The notes below the pieces were generated by a model. The model was not told the DNA's origin, did no database searches, and saw only the letters and a list, made by a program, of their open reading frames with translations. Shown here piece by piece: positions 9,060 to 17,600 of a stretch of 64,000 nt of DNA. Source of the DNA: Candidatus Uhrbacteria bacterium. GTDB lineage: Bacteria > Patescibacteriota > Patescibacteriia > UBA9934 > GWF2-40-263. Position numbers and translations under genes: made by a program. The stretch lies in contig JACPHT010000007.1 in the NCBI GenBank assembly GCA_016188475.1, forward strand, positions 16,467 to 80,466. Direction: 5' to 3'. The stretch's first letter is position 1. Each line of letters opens with the position of its first letter.

Positions 9060-9093
9060 TCACACTTAACTACCGATCGGTAGTTAAGTGTGA
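9060..9093. repeat. Palindrome family copy 2 (TCACACTTAACTACCGATCGGTAGTTAAGTGTGA), a perfect 34-bp palindrome.
   Basis: Direct reading. It lies 80 bp past the dnaX stop. Confidence 0.75.
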
Positions 9094-9171
9094 TTAAAAA
9101 AACACCACCTTTCAGCGGCGGAATAATTTCAATTAAAAAAACAAACTTTTAATAATCGGGAATTCTTATTC

Positions 9172-10743
9172 TTACGTCATCACTGTTCCGCCGAATTCGC
9201 TCACGAGCTTTTGCAAATTTTCTTCGTTTTCATGTTTTTTTTGAATCGCTTTTACTTTAATACGACGACCAATCACTTTTTCCAAAACATCCTCAATCAC
9301 CTGACGGTTTTTATCTTTGTTAACTGTTTGAACATACAAATCGTACGCAAAACCAAGTTCGACGTGCTCGCCTGTTACTCCGCAAACTTCGCACGACTGC
9401 ATGAACAGTGGTAAGGACGCATTACACTCTTTGATCTGTTCAAAAACTTGCGGCCATTTTGCGCGAACTTCATCAAGAGAAATGACTGGGATCGTATCAA
9501 AAACTGTTTCGTTTTCCCCTTCGACAAGCTCAGGGAGTAATGAATTTTCTTGCTCACCAATCTCGGTCCTTTCAGACCTTTCGGTCCTTTCCGACCTTTC
9601 CGACCTTTCGGTCCTTTCCGACCTTTCAGACCTTTCTTCATAAACCGAACCAACCCCCTGCTCCTTAAAATCCACTTGTCCTCCTTTGTCCTCCTTTGTC
9701 TCCTTTTGTCCTCCATTGTCACATATCTCAACAATAGCGAGCTCGATCGGCAACTGCGGCAAATGTTCGGAACGAATTTTTGTTTTCGCTTCAAGCAAGG
9801 AGGTGAGGGCTTGACGCGTAAACGAAATATCAGACTCTGGCAAAGCTTTTGAAAGTTGATCAAACAAACGATCACGCAAATTCGCGATCACATCTTCAAC
9901 AAACATTTTCAAATCAACTCCTTGTTCAATAAATGTATTCAAGTCAGAAATACAGCTTCCTGTATTTTTTTTAAAAAGATGACTAACAAAAGTTTCAACC
10001 AAAACCGTTGTTGTGGCAGGAAGAACAAGCGAAGCAAGTTCAACAGTGATGTGGTTTTCACCCAAAGCCATGAGTTGGCCAAGCAAACTCTCGGCGTCTC
10101 GCGCACAACCTGTGCTATGTCGAACTACTTGCTCAAGAACCTCATCATCAATTTTCATTTCCTCTGATTTTACAATTTCTCGCAACCGTTTCATCATTTC
10201 TTCCTTTTTAATTTTTCTAAAATCAAATCTTTGACATCGACTCACGATTGTTTCCGGAACTTTGTGAATTTCAGTTGTTGCTAAAATAAAAAGCACATGC
10301 TCTGGCGGCTCTTCAAGTGTTTTCAAAAGCGCATTGAATGCCGAAGTTGAAAGCATGTGAACTTCATCAATAATAAAAACTTTCTTTTTGAGTTGATTTG
10401 GAGCAAAACGAACGCTTTTGATTATATTTTCTCGAACATTCTCTACGTCTGTATTAGACGCAGCATCAATTTCGTAGATATCAAGCGAAGAACCTGAAGT
10501 GACTTGTTCACATGCGGAACACGTGTTGCATGGTTCGTTGTGTTTTGGTTTTTCACAATTAATAAGCTTTGCCAAAAGTCGCGCAGTTGTTGTTTTTCCA
10601 ACTCCACGCGGACCAGTAAACAAATAAGCATGGGCGATGCGGCCCATTTCAAATTGGTTTTGAATAGTTGTTGATACATGCGGCTGACCAATTAAATCAG
10701 AAAACTTTTGTGGTCTGTACGCACGGTATAAGGCTAAGGACAT
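9172..10743 (-). CDS. dnaX: DNA polymerase III subunit gamma/tau. It carries an in-frame ERSERSERTERSERSERTERSERTE low-complexity linker.
   Basis: GPRGVGKTT Walker A motif, Zn-module cysteines, DEVHMLS, and a clamp-loader fold pattern. Length is 523 aa. Confidence 0.85.
   Translation of the reverse strand: MSLALYRAYRPQKFSDLIGQPHVSTTIQNQFEMGRIAHAYLFTGPRGVGKTTTARLLAKLINCEKPKHNEPCNTCSACEQVTSGSSLDIYEIDAASNTDVENVRENIIKSVRFAPNQLKKKVFIIDEVHMLSTSAFNALLKTLEEPPEHVLFILATTEIHKVPETIVSRCQRFDFRKIKKEEMMKRLREIVKSEEMKIDDEVLEQVVRHSTGCARDAESLLGQLMALGENHITVELASLVLPATTTVLVETFVSHLFKKNTGSCISDLNTFIEQGVDLKMFVEDVIANLRDRLFDQLSKALPESDISFTRQALTSLLEAKTKIRSEHLPQLPIELAIVEICDNGGQKETKEDKGGQVDFKEQGVGSVYEERSERSERTERSERSERTERSERTEIGEQENSLLPELVEGENETVFDTIPVISLDEVRAKWPQVFEQIKECNASLPLFMQSCEVCGVTGEHVELGFAYDLYVQTVNKDKNRQVIEDVLEKVIGRRIKVKAIQKKHENEENLQKLVSEFGGTVMT
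9565..9636. repeat. Eight tandem 9-bp units GGTCCTTTC/CGACCTTTC (the reverse complement of GAAAGGWCN) inside the dnaX CDS.
   Basis: Direct reading. The period is 9 bp, so the reading frame is preserved. Confidence 0.8.
9678..9720. repeat. About 4 tandem units of the 10-bp repeat GTCCTCCTTT inside the dnaX CDS.
   Basis: Direct reading. The same repeat is present at 47186-47229. Confidence 0.75.
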
Positions 10744-10761
10744 GTTGTTTGGTTCTTGGTT

Positions 10762-11376
10762 TTAAATAGTGCTACTTACCACACTTTCAACTGCCGCATA
10801 CGCAGAATCGCCTGATCTTGGTAACACAATTACAACTTCATCTCCTGGCATTGCTTTGAAATATGTGACGCTTGCGGTGATGACTTTATACACCCGATCG
10901 TCAGTCATCACAACATACTCTTGCGTTGATGAATCAAGCGCTAGTTTTCCAACAAGTCTCTGACGCTCAACAGGTCCTATTTGTTTATAAACGTGTGTTC
11001 CGTCTGGTTGGATTGTGAGCTTCAAAATGTCTCCCTCGACCAAACGAGATTTTGACGCATAGTTTTCAGGAACTTGATAACGCGCGCCATCAGCTCCAAC
11101 CATCATTTCTCCGTCAAACACTCCTTCAAGCACTCTGCTTCCTGTTTTTTGTTCAAGGTCTTGAGTTAAACCATTATTGTGGGTGACAAGGTCAACAAGC
11201 TGACGAGTCGCTCTGGACGAATCTCCTTGTTCAAGCAACTGAATAACATGCGTTATACTGTCACGCATTTTTTTTAACATTTGAACAGCAAGTTGATTTC
11301 GCGTATCAGCAAACTCCACGCGGTTCGCATGCGATTCAACGTCTGGTTCTGGTTCGAATGTTGGACTTGATGACAT
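10762..11376 (-). CDS. Hypothetical protein (204 aa).
   Basis: Intact ORF in an operon-like position upstream of dnaX. No motif was recognised. Confidence 0.45.
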   Translation of the reverse strand: MSSSPTFEPEPDVESHANRVEFADTRNQLAVQMLKKMRDSITHVIQLLEQGDSSRATRQLVDLVTHNNGLTQDLEQKTGSRVLEGVFDGEMMVGADGARYQVPENYASKSRLVEGDILKLTIQPDGTHVYKQIGPVERQRLVGKLALDSSTQEYVVMTDDRVYKVITASVTYFKAMPGDEVVIVLPRSGDSAYAAVESVVSSTI

Positions 11377-11449
11377 AATTATTGTCTTAGCTTATTTGCC
11401 CACTATAGCCTCTGGCGATGGTTGGTCGAAGACTGTAAGACGATTCGAA

Positions 11450-11490
11450 CAAAATTTTATCCTTCGACAGGCTCAGGAAATAAAATTGTG
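11450..11490. repeat. Hairpin element with a conserved TTCGACAGGCTCA loop (stem CAAAATTTTAT / ATAAAATTGTG).
   Basis: Member of the dispersed family described in the findings. Confidence 0.7.
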
Positions 11491-11493
11491 ACT

Positions 11494-14046
11494 TTATCTC
11501 TCTCCCATTGGCGGAGGTTGCGGCCCTCTTGATGAAACACCAAGCGCGGTTCGTTCAAGAATATCCGCCTCGACCAAACGGCGGTCGCGCCCGTATTTCA
11601 ACCGCGACAACTCTTTAATTCCTTCCGCAAGTTCGCGATCACCAAGCGGCGCTTGTTCGATTTTCATTGTGAATGGTTTGACTTGCGAGTTTCCAACAAT
11701 CATTCGCACATACCAAGTGAACTTATCAGAATTCATCAAATCGTATCCTGAAAAATCTGGTGTATAAATTTTCTCAAGAGTTTCAACGTCCTCTGGACCA
11801 ATACGCGCAACATAAGTTGTTCCGACGTTTCCCAAAACAGCATCTTTGATTTTTGTATCATTGTTTTTTACAAGCTGACCGATGTATTGATGCGCGATAA
11901 TTAAATTCAAACGATATTTGCGAGCCTCTGACAAAATAGTCGCGATCGAATCAGTGATAAAATTTTGAAACTCGTCAATATACAAGTAGAAATCGTGTCG
12001 TTGTTCTTCAGGGATATCCGCGCGTGTCAAAGCCGCCATCTGAAGTTTCGAAACAATAATCATTCCAAGCAGATCAGCATTAACGTCTCCAGTCTTCCCT
12101 TTTGATAGATTAACAAGCAGAATTTTTTTCTTGTCCATGATTTCGCGAAAATCAAAACTGGAGTGTGTTTGGCCGATTATATTTCGCATCATCTCGTTTT
12201 CAACAAAACGACCAACTTTTGAAATCAAATATCCAAGCATTTCAGATTTGTGAAAATCGCTTGTTTTTGCCATCTCATTTTCCCAAAACGAACGAACAAC
12301 AGGATCTTTCACTTTTGCGACCCAACGCTTTTGAAAAGCTTCATCCGAAAACATGCGTGGAATTTCAGCAATCGTGCCAGGCTGTTCAGGATCGGACATA
12401 AGCGTCAACATCACATTTCTCATGTTGTGCTCGAACATCGGGCCGATCATTTCAGGCGGAAAAAGTTTATAAAAAATCGAGATCATTTCTTGAACAGCAA
12501 AATCCTTAAGTGTTTCATCTTTGGCCTCGAGCATGTTAAGTCCCATCGGACGTTCCAAGTCTGACGGATTGAAATGCACAACATCGTCAACTCGCTCGCG
12601 CGGAATGTTTCCTAAAATCTGTTCGATGAGATCTCCGTGAGGGTCAACAACAGCAACCCCGTGTCCAGCTTTAATATCTTGGATTGCGTATTTTGCGATT
12701 GTTTGAGATTTTCCAGAACCAGATTTTCCAATTAAATACATGTGGCGAGTTCTGTCAGAATTTTTCATCCACACTGGAGTTTTGATTCCGCGATAAACGT
12801 TGTATCCCAGTTCAAAATCTCCATCTTGCGGACCACTTGGAACACCGGTTGGAACAGCGCCGCTTCTAGCCCCAAGCCATTTGATATTTGGAGTTTCGGT
12901 CCATGGCAAAGGCAAATGCCAAAGACTCGCCATTTCTTCAGCATTCAAAACCATTTTATTTTTTTCATCAATCGTTCGATAAATAAATTGTTGAATGAGC
13001 TTCTTTTTCGAACGCGGAACGGATTTCACAAACGAATTTCCATATTGATAAATGTTGAACTGTGAAAACGCGTTCAACATGTTTTGAAGAGTTGACTCAG
13101 CGGCAGATGCGGTCTGTGAAGAAACAACAATTCGAGCACAAACATTAAGTCCGGCTTTGCTTGCCTTTTCTTCAAGCCCTTTCACAACCTCTTCCTCTTG
13201 CGGAGACAAACGATATTCTCGTTCTTCTTTTTCTTTATTTTCACCTCCGCCTGTGAGTTGTTGGAATGTGCTTTTGTGTCCTTTCCTTTTTCCTTTAAGC
13301 GCGTCGCTCAAACTCATTCCTTGTTGCATTCGTGAAGCAATTTCAACTCCCCTCGCGCGCCAAGATTTATAAGCTGAACGAACAACAAATTGGAACGCCG
13401 TGCCATCCCCTTCTGGAACACTTGTAAGAACGTTTGTCAGAGAATTGAGAGGGTCTTTGTCGAGCTTTCGATATGTTTTAATAGGAAACGCGCTTTCTCG
13501 AGCAAGACGAAGATAACTTCCGACAATCACGCTTTGCGCTGAAAAAATGTTGTAGTCTTCAACTTCTTCCAAATATGCGTCAGGATACGCGGCGGAAATC
13601 TGCTGTTCAATATATGTTGCCATGTGTGTTGGAACAGTTACAAAAAATTGAATCAATTTATGTTCGACGACGATTTCAAAAGCAACTTCGTCTGATCGTC
13701 CAAAAAACCATTGCTTTAAGCCACGCTCTCCTTTCAAACCTCCGATCGCTGAAAAAACGGTCTCAGCCGCGGCGATCGCTTCCTGAACCTCCTCTTTTTG
13801 CGGACCGCGATTACTTTCTTCTTCTCGACGGAATTTTGGAAGAGTTACGAGTATTGTCCTGCTCTGAAATGTCGCGTGTTTTGCCGCGTTTGTTTTACGC
13901 AAAAACCATCGTAACAAAAAAAGAATACAAAAAAACAACACGAGAGAAATTGGAATCCAGATCAAATTCGAGTAAACAGAAAAATCAAACTCATTCGTTT
14001 GTATAAGTTGCGATTCCGGTTTTAAAAAAAATTGAAAAAATATCAC
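11494..14046 (-). CDS. VirD4/TraG-family type IV coupling-protein-like ATPase (FtsK/HerA superfamily) with an N-terminal TM anchor.
   Basis: Walker A YLIGKSGSGKS. VAVVDPHGDL resembles the T4CP (V/I)xDPKGE motif. Walker B is LYIDEFQNF. An N-terminal hydrophobic helix is present. Length is 850 aa. Confidence 0.6.
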   Translation of the reverse strand: MIFFQFFLKPESQLIQTNEFDFSVYSNLIWIPISLVLFFCILFLLRWFLRKTNAAKHATFQSRTILVTLPKFRREEESNRGPQKEEVQEAIAAAETVFSAIGGLKGERGLKQWFFGRSDEVAFEIVVEHKLIQFFVTVPTHMATYIEQQISAAYPDAYLEEVEDYNIFSAQSVIVGSYLRLARESAFPIKTYRKLDKDPLNSLTNVLTSVPEGDGTAFQFVVRSAYKSWRARGVEIASRMQQGMSLSDALKGKRKGHKSTFQQLTGGGENKEKEEREYRLSPQEEEVVKGLEEKASKAGLNVCARIVVSSQTASAAESTLQNMLNAFSQFNIYQYGNSFVKSVPRSKKKLIQQFIYRTIDEKNKMVLNAEEMASLWHLPLPWTETPNIKWLGARSGAVPTGVPSGPQDGDFELGYNVYRGIKTPVWMKNSDRTRHMYLIGKSGSGKSQTIAKYAIQDIKAGHGVAVVDPHGDLIEQILGNIPRERVDDVVHFNPSDLERPMGLNMLEAKDETLKDFAVQEMISIFYKLFPPEMIGPMFEHNMRNVMLTLMSDPEQPGTIAEIPRMFSDEAFQKRWVAKVKDPVVRSFWENEMAKTSDFHKSEMLGYLISKVGRFVENEMMRNIIGQTHSSFDFREIMDKKKILLVNLSKGKTGDVNADLLGMIIVSKLQMAALTRADIPEEQRHDFYLYIDEFQNFITDSIATILSEARKYRLNLIIAHQYIGQLVKNNDTKIKDAVLGNVGTTYVARIGPEDVETLEKIYTPDFSGYDLMNSDKFTWYVRMIVGNSQVKPFTMKIEQAPLGDRELAEGIKELSRLKYGRDRRLVEADILERTALGVSSRGPQPPPMGER

Positions 14047-14522
14047 AAACGCAAAATTTTATCTGTTTTTATTTTTGCTTCCTGTTCAAGGAAGAATCGA
14101 TTTACACCTGGAATTAGTTTGAGCCAACTACGAATGAGGAAAAAAATCTTTTTTGCGTTGATTTTTGTTTTGTGAATGATTTGCATGATCTTAGACAAAG
14201 TTTTTTCACCTTCTTCTTTGAATTTCTCTTGTTTATCTTTTGACATTGAAAGATAAATTTCAGTTAAATCTTCCTCTAGTATTGATTCGATTTTCTGCTC
14301 GATCGGATCGAGCGGTTTTTGAATTGCAGATGTGGTTTTTGATTGAGTCACTTTCACCTCTTGCATCTTGCTTATTGATTCTTCTTCATTTTTTTCTTGC
14401 GCTTCTCTTTCTCCTCGACCTTCTTGGCCCTCTTGGATTTCTAGAACATTTTCTCTCTTAACCAAAACTTTTTCCGGCTCTTCCGGAGTTTCTTTTGGCT
14501 TTAGTTCTGGAAAATCAACCAT
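14043..14522 (-). CDS. Hypothetical acidic, Glu/Lys-rich protein (159 aa). Its stop overlaps the start of the ATPase gene by 4 bp.
   Basis: Overlap suggests translational coupling. Composition is low-complexity. Confidence 0.4.
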   Translation of the reverse strand: MVDFPELKPKETPEEPEKVLVKRENVLEIQEGQEGRGEREAQEKNEEESISKMQEVKVTQSKTTSAIQKPLDPIEQKIESILEEDLTEIYLSMSKDKQEKFKEEGEKTLSKIMQIIHKTKINAKKIFFLIRSWLKLIPGVNRFFLEQEAKIKTDKILRL

Positions 14523-14660
14523 ATAGTTAAATACAGTCTACCACAACATAAGTCTTAAACAAAAAATCTCTCACATTATAAAAAGTTTTAGCGAGAGATC
14601 CTTCGGCTTCGTCCGGTCTTAGGGCCGGACTTCGCTCAGGATGACACAAAAAGAGTAATT

Positions 14661-17600
14661 TTAACTGCACCCACTCGTTGCGCCGCAGTTCAGACACTTA
14701 TAACACGCGGCGTTGCGGACCATGATTGAACCACAGGTGTCGCACGCTGGCGCGTCGGATTGGTTATCGAAAGTTTTTGTTGTGTCGAACAGCTTCGGCT
14801 GTTTTATTTCCTCCTCTTGCCTATTGCCTATTGCATCTTCTTCCTTTACTTCCTTTTCTTCAACTCCAACATTGATTCCAAGCGAGATTTGCGACTCTTG
14901 TGGGAGAAATTTGATCGCAAGCCAGCGGAAAATATAATCAGTAATAGATTTAGCAATTCGAATTTGCGGATTGTTTGTGTATCCAGACGGCTCAAAGCGC
15001 ATGTGCACAAACTTGTTCACCAAAACTTCAAGCGGAACTCCGTATTGCAAACCAATTGAAATCGCAGTTGCAAAACTATCCATAAGTCCACTTATGACCG
15101 AGCCTTCTTTTGACATTGTCATGAAAAGTTCTCCTGGCGAACCATCATCATACAATCCAACTGTGATATAACCCTCGTGACTTCCAACTTTAAACTTGTG
15201 CGTGATCGCGCGCCTTTCATCAGGCAAACGGCGACGACGCAATTTGTTGTCTGAACTAACAGTCACTGTTGGAACAGTCGTTTTTTCTTCTGGCATATTT
15301 TTGTCCTCCTCTTTCTCCACTCCATTCGCCGTCTGAAGCCGGCGACTACCTTCCTCTCCCTTATTCTGTTTCTTCGCATCGCTTTCTTTAGAAGTTGTAA
15401 GCGCTTGTTGACGTTTTGACCCGTCGCGATAAATCGCAATCGCTTTCAAACCAAGTTTCCAACCTGTTTCGTAAACCTCGATAATGTCTTCCGATGTCGC
15501 GTCGTGAGGCATATTCACTGTTTTTGAAATCGCTCCGGAAACAAACGGCTGAACAGCGGCCATCATTCGAACATGACCCATGTAATGAATTGTGCGAGTT
15601 CCGTTCGCGGCCTTAAAGGCACAGTCAAAAACCGGCAAATGTTCTTGTTTGAGGTGCGGAGCGTTTTCAATCGTGTCTGTTTTTTCAATATGCGCCAAAA
15701 TTTCTTCACGCTCTTTTTGCGAATATCCAAGCCTTGTCAAAGCTTCTGGAACTGTGTTGTTAACGATTTTCAACATTCCTCCGCCAACAAGCCATTTATA
15801 TTTCACGAGCGCAATATCCGGTTCAACTCCTGTTGTATCACAATCCATCAAAAATGAAATAGTACCTGTTGGCGCGATAACGCTGATCTGAGCGTTACGC
15901 AAACCGTGAAGACTTCCGTGTTCCACAACATTGTCCCAACTCATACGAGCTTCTGTAAGCAAATCAGCAGGAACTCCATTTGGATTGATTTCGTACGATG
16001 CGTCGCGATGCATTCTCATCACTTCCAAACACGGAGCTTCATTTTGTTTGTATCCTGCAAACGGCCCGATTTTTTCAGCGATCTTAGAGGACTGAAAATA
16101 GCAATGTCCGCTTTGAAGTGAAGTAATCGCGGCCGCAAAATTTCGTCCTTCGTCTGAATCATACGGAACTCCGCGACTCATTAAAAACGCGCCAAGATTC
16201 GCGTATCCGATTCCAAGCGGACGATAATCCAAACTGTTTTGTTCAATCGCCGGAGTTGGATAAACTGAATTTCCAATAATTATTTCCATCGCTGTCACAA
16301 CTATTTCGTTCGCTTTTTTGAAAGCATCAACATCAAACACCATCAAGCCGCCAACTTCCTTTCTAAACTTCATTATATTAAGCGACGCCAAATTGCACGC
16401 GCTGTCGTTTAGGAACATGTACTCTGAACAATTGTGGACGACGAGACCGTTGGCAACAAAATGATTCGTCCGTGGTTCTGTCAGATCGAAGACGTCTTCT
16501 GATCCAACAAAAGTGAGAGATTCAAATTTATCCGTCAACTCATCTTTATAGGTAGTAACGGTTTCGTTCATGAATGCAAGGTCGTTTGATTTGAAACTCC
16601 GATCCAAAAAACTAATTTCTTTTTCAAAAATCAATCGCGACGAACGACTCACGCGCAAAGAATGCATTTGTTGAACATGATATATTGCCCAGCCGCCTTT
16701 TCCATCTGGTAAACGAGATTGAAAAGATGTTCGACGATTTTCATAAATTTTCGCTTTAATCCCAAAGCCGAGCAAAAGAAGTTGAACTTGTCTCAAAAGT
16801 GTTAAGCTCACTGAATCAAGAGCGATATACTGTGATTTGTTTTCGTAATTTGCAACTGTCCCATCGGCTGTAAAAAGTCCACGGAGAATGGCGGCCTGTG
16901 AATTTTTTTCTAAACTAAAAACTTCGTCAGTGAATCTTTTTTCTTTTGACCCTTGATCTAATACAGCGTATTTTTTTAACGGTTCAAGTATACATCGGCT
17001 ACTTGTTCCAATTCGAACTCCAGTTTGAGTTGATACAACACTGCTCCATCTTGCGCCACGCCCATCTTCCGAAACGGATTGTTTGTAACCGTTCATCCTA
17101 AAATTAAACATCTCAAGCATGTCTGTTTCTTCTCTTCCACCAACAACCATTGCAAATTCTTGATGTGTTTTATAATTTGTTGAAAGACAACCGTCGCCAA
17201 TAGTAAGTCCAATCATTTCCGCAACAACTTCATCTTCACGCTTATTTCCAAAACCAGGCTGTTTCAATTCAAGAACATCACCAGGTTTTAATTCTTTTGC
17301 AAGCACGTCTCCGCGATTGCGTGTAAAAACTTTGTGATCTTCGGTTAGTCGAACCGAATACCCGCTTTTTGTTTGAAGTTCAAAAATCTTTTTGTGCCCT
17401 GTAGGAAAAATTTTATCAACTCGCGAAGACTGTCCGTCTGCCGCAATAATCTCAGCGGAACCTCCAACTAAATCACTTATTCGTTTATACCCTGATGTTG
17501 TTGAAACAAGCGTGTCACCTGTCACGCATGGATTTGACGCGTAAATTCGATCTGTGTTTTTGCATGTGTGCCATTTGTTGATTGTTGTGTCGTATTGAAT

